This document shows, in pieces, positions 9,936-18,379 of a DNA stretch of 64,000 bases. The position numbers and the translations under genes are program-made. The stretch lies in IMG/VR virus record IMGVR_UViG_3300025418_001265, positions 1 to 64,000 of that record; one strand, 5' to 3'. Source of the DNA: a virus. Position 1 is the first letter of the stretch, and each line of letters opens with the position of its first letter. The notes beneath the pieces were generated by a model. The model ran no database searches and was not told where the DNA came from. It saw only the letters and a list, made by a program, of their open reading frames with translations.

Positions 9936-10553
9936 TTAATCAAATCCAGCTGCTTTAAGCATTTTTAAACCTTTATTTTTATCAATTATATCCATTCTTA
10001 CTGATTGAGAATTATTAGGTCTATAATCATACCAATACAAATAACCATCTGCTAAAACTTCAGTTTTAATAAAAGGTTTTATGCCTTCTGAATAAAACTT
10101 ATCTTCCCCGTAATATAAGTCAGGAAAAGCACTCTTTAAAGCTATTTCTCTTTTGATAGGGTTAATATGGTTAATAGGTTTACATACAACACCATTCTTT
10201 AATTCACACCATTTCTTATGATTTGAAGAACATTCAAAATACTTAAACTCTTTTAAGTCAGTTGTTTGAAACCCTTTTAAACCCACTACATCAGGATTAC
10301 TCTGTAAAGCTTCTAATACATTACGTACATAATAACAACTGATCTTATCATCATCGTCTATATAAACAATATAATCACTAGTAGCTGCTTTTTTAAGTGC
10401 CTCTCTCTTTGCTCCAATTGTTATTTCTCCATTATCACAATAATTTAAGAACTGTACATCTGGAGTAATCTGCCTACTAAGCTTTTTGTACAAAGCATCA
10501 AAGAAATGCTTTCTTGAGTTAATAGTGCAAACCAATATAGAGAGCTTAGGCAT
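9936..10553 (-). CDS. Glycosyltransferase family 2
   Basis: KLSILVCT, IGAKRE, YIVYIDDDD, GED. Confidence 0.85.
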   Translation of the reverse strand: MPKLSILVCTINSRKHFFDALYKKLSRQITPDVQFLNYCDNGEITIGAKREALKKAATSDYIVYIDDDDKISCYYVRNVLEALQSNPDVVGLKGFQTTDLKEFKYFECSSNHKKWCELKNGVVCKPINHINPIKREIALKSAFPDLYYGEDKFYSEGIKPFIKTEVLADGYLYWYDYRPNNSQSVRMDIIDKNKGLKMLKAAGFD

Positions 10554-11067
10554 TTGATTTAATATCGTCTATAATATCGCTTATTAAACTATGTGTTATA
10601 CCTTCTTCTTTATTGCCGTAAAAAGCAGGTATCTGAATATAACCACTTCTACCGAATCTTTTAATAAAAGCAACTTTTTCGTAATTATCTCTAACGTCTA
10701 AATCGTCAATAAGAAAGTTTTTACCTTGCGATATATTTTTTGGTATTTTGTACTTTTGAAAATTCCTATCAAATATTTTATCTTCATCAAACCCAAAGTT
10801 AAAAGCCTTGTTCATTGCTATAGCATAGTCTTTAGTAGCTCTTGTAAGCATATAAACCTTACCAAAGTCTCTTAAAGCAAATAACAAGTAGTTAGCACCA
10901 GGCCTTAATACTGTTACGTATTGTTCTTTCTTGCTTAAAGCAACAGTTACAGGTGTATCGCAAAGATTAGATTCATCACCAAGATCTCCTGCGATGGTTT
11001 TCATACCAAGAGTATGAATTAGAGTTTCGTCTAAATCGACGAATATGTTTATTGTTTCAGAGGGCAT
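10546..11067 (-). CDS. HAD-superfamily (NIF/FCP1-like) phosphatase
   Basis: IFVDLDETLIH (DxDxT), LRPGA, LIDD. Confidence 0.85.
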   Translation of the reverse strand: MPSETINIFVDLDETLIHTLGMKTIAGDLGDESNLCDTPVTVALSKKEQYVTVLRPGANYLLFALRDFGKVYMLTRATKDYAIAMNKAFNFGFDEDKIFDRNFQKYKIPKNISQGKNFLIDDLDVRDNYEKVAFIKRFGRSGYIQIPAFYGNKEEGITHSLISDIIDDIKSNA

Positions 11068-11594
11068 TGGCAAATTTCGTAATACTTACAACCGTTACAT
11101 TCATCATCAAGATAGATATGAGGCATTAAACAAGCTTCAGCAGTAGTAGCTGCTAAATCTGTATACGCTGGTTCGCTTCTAAAATAATCTGGGTTACCAG
11201 TCCAAGGATAAATCCTTACTTTTTCTATTTCTCCGTCACTATTGATAGTAGTGGTGGTAGATTCTGCGTGTGAAGCTAAACGTTTACGCCTTTCTTTCTT
11301 AGGCATATTAGGGTGCTTCTTAAGCTTAACATTGATCTTAGGTAATTTGTTGTTCTTACATTTAGAAGCTAAGTCTCTAATTTGCTCTGGTGTATAGCCT
11401 GCTGCTAGATACTTTTTAGTTTCTCTTGTAATGTACTCTTTAACGAACCTTTCAACACTGCCACCGTATTTCTCGGTGACAGTCTTTTTGAAGTAATCGA
11501 TAGGAGCAAACGTCTTATGACCAGAGATATGATCTACTGGATAAACGTATGCTCCATCTTTAGAGATGGCTATAAGTTTAGGATCAATGTTCAT
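11049..11594 (-). CDS. Hypothetical protein with C-terminal Cys cluster
   Basis: C-terminal CLMP...ECNGCKYYEICQC; N-terminus paralogous to 9311..9583. Confidence 0.65.
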   Translation of the reverse strand: MNIDPKLIAISKDGAYVYPVDHISGHKTFAPIDYFKKTVTEKYGGSVERFVKEYITRETKKYLAAGYTPEQIRDLASKCKNNKLPKINVKLKKHPNMPKKERRKRLASHAESTTTTINSDGEIEKVRIYPWTGNPDYFRSEPAYTDLAATTAEACLMPHIYLDDECNGCKYYEICQCPLKQ

Positions 11595-11631
11595 AGGTAC
11601 ATTATGGTACCTTACTTGTTGTTATGCAAGC
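11595..11631 (-). promoter_or_regulatory. Sigma70-like promoter with GTAC palindrome around the -10 box
   Basis: Minus strand GC-TTGCAT-N17-CATAAT-6 nt-ATG; AGGTAC-N6-GTACCT at 11595-11612. Confidence 0.65.
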
Positions 11632-11934
11632 TTATTGTATAGGTGTTTGTGGTCTTGCCAGTCTACGCTCTTGACCTGGATCGTTAGGTTGAGCAAAGTA
11701 ATGCAAACACTCTTTATCTAACTTAATAGCATTCTTCTTATTAAAATCTTGCAGTTCCTTATCGGTTGGGTTACTCTTATTGAGTTTGACACGATTAGGC
11801 ACCTTCTTACCAATGATATTATGAAAAGTCTTTGCAGTTTCAACAATACGTTTAATCTTCCTACGGTATATAGGTGAACCATATAACTTTAGAACTTCAG
11901 GGTGTAGTTTAGATGGATTGTTTTTAGTTGCCAT
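11632..11934 (-). CDS. Hypothetical basic protein
   Basis: 100-aa ORF in co-oriented run. Confidence 0.55.
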   Translation of the reverse strand: MATKNNPSKLHPEVLKLYGSPIYRRKIKRIVETAKTFHNIIGKKVPNRVKLNKSNPTDKELQDFNKKNAIKLDKECLHYFAQPNDPGQERRLARPQTPIQ

Positions 11935-11960
11935 ATGTAGTATTATAAGAACAGTTACTA

Positions 11961-12719
11961 TTAAATCAAGTTATGTTTAGTAATATATTCCTGCACTAAT
12001 TTACTGTATTCTTCGTGTCCTTTTGCGCTAGCGTGATAATCAGCTTCGGTAGCACTATACTCATTAGAAAGTATAAAATCATCAAAACCATTGTCTTGAA
12101 AGAGAAATTTAGTATAATCCAAACTACTTAAAGCATAACAAAACTCTTCTTTATGTGGAACACTTTCCTTAAGTAAGTTTTTATTGTTTAGTACAAACAC
12201 ATATTTGTAGTTTCTATTATTTAAATAATCTTGTACAGATAATAAAGTATCTAATGTATCGCCGTATGATTCTATTAGAGAAAAATACGTATGATAATAA
12301 ACATCAAAATAGTAATTACCGAATACATTCTTATGATCGTTTAGCGTTACAGCGGACTTTGCCCCTTTTTTACAGCTAAGTTTACCTTTAGATCGGTACC
12401 AACCCTTATTATCTTCCCCTGTAAAGCTTGGATACCATATATGATTATCCTTTTCGATAGGTTTATCTTCATCAAACCAGAATAATTTTCTTGTAAACGG
12501 TGCGGTATGAAACACGACGAATGTTTCTTCCGGTTTAAACTTAACTATATTTGAAAGCAAACTACGCTTAATAAACGTATTATCTACACCTGGTTTACTG
12601 TAATTAAATAATTGTAAATTATTGTATTCAGCTAACCACTGACCGTAGCTTTTAACTGTACCACACTCCATTGTGTAACCAGCAGATTGACTGTCACCAA
12701 CTACAATTATATTTTTCAT
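11961..12719 (-). CDS. SGNH/GDSL hydrolase-like protein
   Basis: VGDSQSAG block I, NYSKPGVDN, C-terminal DYHAS.KGH (DxH). Confidence 0.75.
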   Translation of the reverse strand: MKNIIVVGDSQSAGYTMECGTVKSYGQWLAEYNNLQLFNYSKPGVDNTFIKRSLLSNIVKFKPEETFVVFHTAPFTRKLFWFDEDKPIEKDNHIWYPSFTGEDNKGWYRSKGKLSCKKGAKSAVTLNDHKNVFGNYYFDVYYHTYFSLIESYGDTLDTLLSVQDYLNNRNYKYVFVLNNKNLLKESVPHKEEFCYALSSLDYTKFLFQDNGFDDFILSNEYSATEADYHASAKGHEEYSKLVQEYITKHNLI

Positions 12720-12937
12720 TTTTTATCTTTATTATAGGTAGGTATACTTTGTAGTATTTTCCAGTCTTTATCACTGAAATCATTTTCAATACCCTCGTAA
12801 AACTTATCTTGTTTAAAGATCTCAAGTATACGGTTATGCTCATAGTTAGAGGTAAGGATCCATTTAGGTTCTTCTCCTTTTAACATAATAACTGTATAAT
12901 CTCTACCACCTTTAGAAGCTCTACGTATTAAGATCAC
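12716..12937 (-). CDS. Hypothetical protein
   Basis: 73-aa ORF with start/stop overlaps on both sides. Confidence 0.55.
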   Translation of the reverse strand: MILIRRASKGGRDYTVIMLKGEEPKWILTSNYEHNRILEIFKQDKFYEGIENDFSDKDWKILQSIPTYNKDKK

Positions 12938-15354
12938 CTTGTTTTACCGTAATGTATTACTTTTATAGTAGTGTTATCTGTTTTAAATTTTCTCCAAGGA
13001 TCTATTACTGTACAGTTATCTGGCCATTTAATCTTCTCTACCCAATCTTCCCAATAACCGATAAGGTAAATATCCGCTTTATCATTGAATACATTATCTC
13101 CTGTATTAGGATCAAAATACGTTACAGTGCCGCCGTCATTATGTTCAATGAACCACCCGATCAATAAACTATAGGAACCGTTTGTGTAAGGTACACCTGG
13201 TTTATAAGCTTTACCCACAATACAAACATTACTACCGACTTGAACACAGCGTAGAGCCAGGTTTTCAGCCTGTACTTCTCTACTCTTCATTATACCGTCA
13301 AATAAGTCGTAACCTAAATTTAAGCGCTGCGCCATATACCGCAAAGCAATATTATCTCTAGGGTGGCACGCACCACCATCTCCCATACCTGCAGTCATAT
13401 AGGCAGGACCCATAATACGGTATGTACTATCTTTAAGAGCATTAGTGACAACATCTACGTCTATGTTGCCGTTCTTTTCAGCAACATCTTGTACCATATT
13501 AACTAAGGCTAATTTAGCCGATATAAACGTGTTATAAAATATTTTAATACATTCAGCTTCATCCCAGGTACCTTGTACGATTCTGGTTTTTTCATTAACT
13601 ATTGACTTGTAGAAATTAATAAGCTCCTCACTATCTGCATTAGAATTACCATCTTTAGTACCTATAATAATCATTTCCGGGTTTATCATATCATTCTTAA
13701 TGGTACCCATAGCTATTAAATAAGGATTGTATACAAATCTTCTATCCTGTAAAATTTGAATGAATTGATTACGTACTGTACCAGGTAGCACCGTACTAAT
13801 GAGTACGATTAATTGATCTGAAGTGGTTGCGTCGTGTACCTTACTGATAACGTCTTTTAATATCGTATAGTCAAAGTCTTTAGGCTCTAAATGACTTGTA
13901 GGTCCTTCTCCACCATAAGCAGAATCGTGAGGTGTGGGTACAGCTATAAAAATAATATCTCTACCTCTGACAGCGTCTTCTAACGTGGTAGCTATTTTTA
14001 CAGTATCCGATTGTACAGGTCTGATATCGTAACCTGTAACGAAGTGTTTAGTAGCCATTACTTCAGCACAATCTTTACCGAGCTTACCCATACCTACCAT
14101 ACAAATATTTTTTGTACCGTTGTTCTTCCAGTCTTGAGCTATTGCATTGATAATATCTCCGTAACCAGTATTCTCTTTGCTTCTTTGTTGATATAAGTTA
14201 TAATTGTATTGTAATGTAGGTAAAAGGTTAACTAGTAAATCTTTTACTTCATCTTCAGTAAGACTACTTAAACGTTTAATTTCTTTATAAATTAAATCAA
14301 GTCTTGTTTCAGGGTTTACTTCATCATCATAAGACTCATCTATGTAAGGTGCAAAGGTTTTATAGCCTAGAGCTCTTAATTGCTTTAAAGAATGAGGTAC
14401 ATTTACAGCTATGAATGGCTGTAAACAAGCAATAGGTTTAAATGTTTTTTCACTTAAATATAAATTAGGACAATCGGGGTTTACGTAATAGAACGTTTCT
14501 GTTACTATACATATATAGGCATCAAGTTGTGCCTGTATGTTTAAGTCTGTTGGGTTGTTATTATAGTAATCGGTAATATCATACGTAATAGGCGCCCGTG
14601 CCATTACATTAGGTATACGTTCCGCTATGTGTTTAAATCTGTTTTGAGTTAAATGTTGTTCTTCTAACTCCGGTGATAATGTTGGCCATCCGTAACTCGA
14701 GTTGCCAAGAGTTAAGATCATATCTTTATCAAGACCATCTGCTAGTACTTTTTCAACTAAAAGCACTCTATGCATATGAGCACGTCTATTGAAGAAAACA
14801 AAGCGTTTTTTACGGCTAGCCCTACTTGTAATACTAGCTACTGTAGAATCGTAGTTATTACTGAAATAACCAGCGTGCACGCTCTCAAAAGAATTATAAT
14901 AATATGCAGGTATTGTCTTATATATGTAAGGTGTTAAGAAGTTAGCATCTGCATAAGCCATAGAAGACAGTTTAATATTGAGTAACTGAGCCTGTATAGC
15001 AAAAACTTCTTCTCTTTTTTCTGTATTTGGTTGACCTTCGGTACTGTAGTCAAAAATAATCCTACATAAGCCATTTCTAACATCTTGTAATACTTTTTCT
15101 GACAAGTATAAAGCTCGTTCTCGGAAAGGTGAACCCTGTACGAAAAACTTACTTGATGTAATCTTTATAGGGTAAAAATATTTTGTATTAGCTGGTACCT
15201 GTTCAGTTGGTAGATATTGAACAAGCTCGCTAGGAAAATTCATAATCGCGGTCAGTAGTGGCTCACCTGTATCCATATCAAGAGGCAAACCGTTAGGCTT
15301 GTCTTGGTAACCACTTCCACTCCAATTATCTAGAGCAATTATTAACTTATCCAT
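12934..15354 (-). CDS. Fusion of a putative glycosyltransferase-like N-domain and a UDP-glucose/GDP-mannose dehydrogenase-family C-domain
   Basis: C-half GMGKLG, AVPTP, STVLPGT, KIFYNTF, GGACHPRD; N-half NRRAHMHR, IVTETF, SEKTFKPI, GYKTF..IDESYD. Confidence 0.85.
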   Translation of the reverse strand: MDKLIIALDNWSGSGYQDKPNGLPLDMDTGEPLLTAIMNFPSELVQYLPTEQVPANTKYFYPIKITSSKFFVQGSPFRERALYLSEKVLQDVRNGLCRIIFDYSTEGQPNTEKREEVFAIQAQLLNIKLSSMAYADANFLTPYIYKTIPAYYYNSFESVHAGYFSNNYDSTVASITSRASRKKRFVFFNRRAHMHRVLLVEKVLADGLDKDMILTLGNSSYGWPTLSPELEEQHLTQNRFKHIAERIPNVMARAPITYDITDYYNNNPTDLNIQAQLDAYICIVTETFYYVNPDCPNLYLSEKTFKPIACLQPFIAVNVPHSLKQLRALGYKTFAPYIDESYDDEVNPETRLDLIYKEIKRLSSLTEDEVKDLLVNLLPTLQYNYNLYQQRSKENTGYGDIINAIAQDWKNNGTKNICMVGMGKLGKDCAEVMATKHFVTGYDIRPVQSDTVKIATTLEDAVRGRDIIFIAVPTPHDSAYGGEGPTSHLEPKDFDYTILKDVISKVHDATTSDQLIVLISTVLPGTVRNQFIQILQDRRFVYNPYLIAMGTIKNDMINPEMIIIGTKDGNSNADSEELINFYKSIVNEKTRIVQGTWDEAECIKIFYNTFISAKLALVNMVQDVAEKNGNIDVDVVTNALKDSTYRIMGPAYMTAGMGDGGACHPRDNIALRYMAQRLNLGYDLFDGIMKSREVQAENLALRCVQVGSNVCIVGKAYKPGVPYTNGSYSLLIGWFIEHNDGGTVTYFDPNTGDNVFNDKADIYLIGYWEDWVEKIKWPDNCTVIDPWRKFKTDNTTIKVIHYGKTR

Positions 15355-15393
15355 AAACTTTACTTACTCTGTAAAGCTTTATCTTCAATATCT

Positions 15394-16338
15394 TTAGTGA
15401 TGTTTTTTAGCTTTTCCTCTACGCATATTTGCCTGCCAATGAGCTAGTTGTTTTTTGCGTGGGCTTGCTGTTTTAGAGTGTACTATTTTGTCTAAAGACG
15501 ATAAACTGGAATGCTTCTTAATGCCGTGGCGGTTACTATCACCTGGTTTACCTGGACCTTTATGATCGATAAAATTCTCACCTACTGCACCACCCAATAC
15601 ATCTGGATTAACAGTAGGATTGTCTCCAGGCGAATCTTCGTCTTCAATCAAGGATTGAGCCTTAATGTCCATTAAGTCCTGTAAAGCGCCCTTGCCCGGA
15701 TTACCTGGCGAAGAAGGCCCACGAATCAAATATTGTTTAGCCATATTAGGCTGCTTAATTGTAGCAATTATATCTACCGGTTCAATACTAATCTTGTCTA
15801 AATCATCTGCCAAATGTTTAAGATCTTTTAAGAACTTATCTAGTTCCTTACCTGTATTAGGTAAAGGCTCGTCAACGTACTTGTTGAGGTAGTTAATAGC
15901 TTTATCTAAAGTATCAATACGGCTCTTCTTAGCTTCATATTCTATTGGTGTAGCTGGCCCGCCAGGCAAAGTATCATACCCATTTGGTTCAGGTACTTCA
16001 TCTTGACCAGGCATATACATACTCTCTGCGGTAGCACTATCAGTATTACGTATATTACCATCAACACCTGTTACATCTTCGTAATAATCTTTAAACGATT
16101 TAAATCTTCTTCTATCGTAACTCTTCTTACTTTTGTGAGAAGTCGTTGGTGGTGGCATAGATTTACGCACACCGGACATTACGTCTTTTTGAGTAATTTT
16201 GCTAGGTGTTTTAGATTCTTCGTGACCGGTATTAATATGTAAAGCAGCAAGATATTTTTTTACAGGGCCAGTTGTACAGCCTACCTTTTTACCAGTATCT
16301 TTTCTATAAACACATTTTCCACGAGCTGTATATGGCAT
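15394..16338 (-). CDS. Modular late protein, probable internal head protein
   Basis: TATAAATA 5 nt upstream; alternating basic and acidic modules; internal FKSFKDYYE. Confidence 0.55.
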   Translation of the reverse strand: MPYTARGKCVYRKDTGKKVGCTTGPVKKYLAALHINTGHEESKTPSKITQKDVMSGVRKSMPPPTTSHKSKKSYDRRRFKSFKDYYEDVTGVDGNIRNTDSATAESMYMPGQDEVPEPNGYDTLPGGPATPIEYEAKKSRIDTLDKAINYLNKYVDEPLPNTGKELDKFLKDLKHLADDLDKISIEPVDIIATIKQPNMAKQYLIRGPSSPGNPGKGALQDLMDIKAQSLIEDEDSPGDNPTVNPDVLGGAVGENFIDHKGPGKPGDSNRHGIKKHSSLSSLDKIVHSKTASPRKKQLAHWQANMRRGKAKKHH

Positions 16339-16361
16339 ATTAATATTTATATTTAAACATT

Positions 16362-16418
16362 AAAAAAGCCGGCAGCTATAAACACCTATTTCACACCCAT
16401 TAAAAATAGCTACCGGCC
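16362..16418 (-). terminator. Intrinsic terminator-like hairpin with unusually large loop
   Basis: Minus strand GCCGGUAGCUAU...AUAGCUGCCGGC (one U-G pair) followed by U6. Confidence 0.65.
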
Positions 16419-16455
16419 ACTTAATAATTACTACAGGTTTTATAGAGGCAACTAG

Positions 16456-16683
16456 TTATCCTCTAAAACCGAACTTTTTTATACCAGATCTATGGCCTGG
16501 TTGCGCCATATATTGCTTAGCCTGTTTAAAGCTATCACCAGTCATAACTTGGCAAGTTCCAGCAGTTTTATGATCCCATACCATCACACCGAACCTGTTA
16601 GCTACTTTTTCCCTTGGAACGTAGTTTGGATCGGGAAGTATTCCCATTTCGATTAGTTTTTTCACCTTTTGGTCTGTATTCAT
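16456..16683 (-). CDS. Hypothetical protein
   Basis: 75-aa ATG ORF overlapping the low-complexity tail of the upstream gene. Confidence 0.5.
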   Translation of the reverse strand: MNTDQKVKKLIEMGILPDPNYVPREKVANRFGVMVWDHKTAGTCQVMTGDSFKQAKQYMAQPGHRSGIKKFGFRG

Positions 16684-17113
16684 TTAGTATAGCAAATATT
16701 TTTTTCTGTTTCTCAATACGATTATATAACCTTCTAGCGAAGTGCAAACCTTTATTTTCAAAATATCTGGCATCTATTTCTATTGGATGGCGATAGTATA
16801 GTTTTTCGTAATCAGAAGTTATACGTATATGTAGTATCTTATCCTGAATGAAATGTCTAAATTCGTGTATTATAACTCTATGAAATTGACCGATTCTTAA
16901 GTCTGATACAATAACAAAATAGCCTCCTTTAGAGTCGGAATTATACCAATTCCAACGGCCATTTTTTATCCCTCTAATTCTTATAACAAAGTTTCTTTTC
17001 TTTTTAGCTTTGTATACAGGGTCAAGTATTGCTGAATAAACAAGAGAAAGCGTATCCCAGTTAATCATAGGATATGCTTTTTTAATGAATTTATTTGGTT
17101 TAAATATAACCAT
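16598..17113 (-). CDS. HEXXH zincin-like protein
   Basis: IIHEFRHFIQ plus downstream HPIEIDA. Confidence 0.65.
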   Translation of the reverse strand: MVIFKPNKFIKKAYPMINWDTLSLVYSAILDPVYKAKKKRNFVIRIRGIKNGRWNWYNSDSKGGYFVIVSDLRIGQFHRVIIHEFRHFIQDKILHIRITSDYEKLYYRHPIEIDARYFENKGLHFARRLYNRIEKQKKIFAILNEYRPKGEKTNRNGNTSRSKLRSKGKSS

Positions 17114-17119
17114 ATAAAA

Positions 17120-17281
17120 TGAAGGCCTTTATGAAATTCTACAGCCCCGTATTTTTGCTATAGTTGCATCGCGAAGGTATACGTTATTGCGCGGGGATCA
17201 GGCTCTGACAAAGCCTCGTGCTCTGTTGAGAAGAATCTTTGTTAATGTAAGCGATTAAACTTACAAAGTGTTTAAAGAACA
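17120..17281 (-). ncRNA. Candidate structured ncRNA or 5' leader, family unrecognised
   Basis: Non-coding and GC-enriched with several stems; upstream promoter and boxA-like GUUCUUUAAACA. Confidence 0.45.
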
Positions 17282-17287
17282 AAAATG

Positions 17288-17317
17288 ATTATAGTACCTA
17301 ATCAATTAAGATCAAGC
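17288..17317 (-). promoter_or_regulatory. Sigma70-like promoter (GC-TTGATC-N16-TATAAT, GGTAC before the -10)
   Basis: Same GCTTG...GTACYATAAT architecture as the promoters at 11595 and 18081. Confidence 0.6.
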
Positions 17318-17321
17318 ACTA

Positions 17322-17774
17322 TTATTTACTTGTTAAAACCTGGAAGATATCGGGATTGCTCGAAGGCCAGATATACTCTAATCCCTCTGGTGCATCCGGA
17401 AACTCTTGTTTATAATGATCCGGATATTTCTTTATTAGCATTGATTGGTGTGATAAATGTATATCTAACATACCTAACCACCAAGGAAACGTTGTAGGTT
17501 TGGATTCATCGTAGTAAGCACGTATTTTCTCATAACAGGTATCTTTATAACCACGCTCTTTCCATACCTCGCATATAACCATACCGTATAACGCTAATGC
17601 ATTTTCGTGGCCACGCCACATTTCCCGGCAAGGATGGTTTTTCCAACCTTTATAGTTAGGTCTATGAAATGAGTTAAGTAGCTGTAGTACTTCTACACGC
17701 TGCTTACCGAGTCTTTTCATATCAAGACTTTTAGCTGATTCTCTAAAGTTAGCGTATGGTAAGAACGTTTGTAT
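17322..17774 (-). CDS. MSMEG_6728 family / pyrimidine-dimer DNA glycosylase-like protein, apparent ATA start
   Basis: IQTFLPYANFRESAKSLDMKRLGKQRVE, NHP..MWRG, SHQSMLIKK.P.HY, YIWP; the family-type QTFLP begins 18 codons upstream of the track's ATG. Confidence 0.85.
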   Translation of the reverse strand: MQTFLPYANFRESAKSLDMKRLGKQRVEVLQLLNSFHRPNYKGWKNHPCREMWRGHENALALYGMVICEVWKERGYKDTCYEKIRAYYDESKPTTFPWWLGMLDIHLSHQSMLIKKYPDHYKQEFPDAPEGLEYIWPSSNPDIFQVLTSK

Positions 17775-17786
17775 GGCGAGGGTCTC

Positions 17787-18080
17787 CTATTTGCGGTTTT
17801 CTATTATTTGTTTATCCCATACTTCACGAATATAGGCAACATATTTGTGTAAAAAGTTTTTAGCTTCATCTAAAGTATTAAGTTGATGGTAACCTTCAGG
17901 TGGCAAATCAGCGCCAGGCATACTTAAATCAGCCATAGCACCAATCATTGGCTTGAATTTACCATTATCAAGTTGACGTATGACAAGATAGCAGCAACGA
18001 TAGTCCCATCGTTCCCAAATACCGCATTGTAAGTCTTTCCACTTAGATGCGGCTTGTCTACGTAAGAATGCTTTATTCAT
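17787..18080 (-). CDS. Hypothetical protein
   Basis: 97-aa ORF ending in TAG, own promoter. Confidence 0.6.
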   Translation of the reverse strand: MNKAFLRRQAASKWKDLQCGIWERWDYRCCYLVIRQLDNGKFKPMIGAMADLSMPGADLPPEGYHQLNTLDEAKNFLHKYVAYIREVWDKQIIENRK

Positions 18081-18117
18081 AGTACCTATTATGGTACTTT
18101 ATTAGACTAGTGCAAGC
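18081..18117 (-). promoter_or_regulatory. Sigma70-like promoter with GTAC palindrome
   Basis: GC-TTGCAC-N16-CATAAT-7 nt-ATG; AGTACC-N6-GGTACT at 18081-18098. Confidence 0.6.
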
Positions 18118-18118
18118 T

Positions 18119-18370
18119 TTAAGCTGAAGCTGAACCAAACGCTACTTTATTACCACGGAAATTCGTGATAATCCAGTTAACGCTGGCAGAAGCAGACAAA
18201 CTACGTAAAGCAGGTAAATTAGGTAGTACCTCTTTACCTTGACTCACGAAGTCTTTTGCATCTGCAACAAGGTAATATATACCTGTTGTAATATCAGCAC
18301 CGTCATTATAAAGAGCTTTTTGCTCTACAGCAGTTAGCTCGTTAACATTACCAATTATGGTTATTTGCAT
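18119..18370 (-). CDS. Hypothetical protein
   Basis: 83-aa ORF. Confidence 0.55.
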   Translation of the reverse strand: MQITIIGNVNELTAVEQKALYNDGADITTGIYYLVADAKDFVSQGKEVLPNLPALRSLSASASVNWIITNFRGNKVAFGSASA

Positions 18371-18379
18371 ATTTCTATA

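Noticed and set aside
17134-17240. Canonical tRNA-Asp, hammerhead or known riboswitch
   Set aside because: No T-loop, acceptor stem or recognisable catalytic/aptamer core; kept only as an unknown structured RNA
17285-17497. Plus-strand 70-aa ORF and similar short antisense ORFs elsewhere
   Set aside because: Overlap well-supported opposite-strand genes; no motifs
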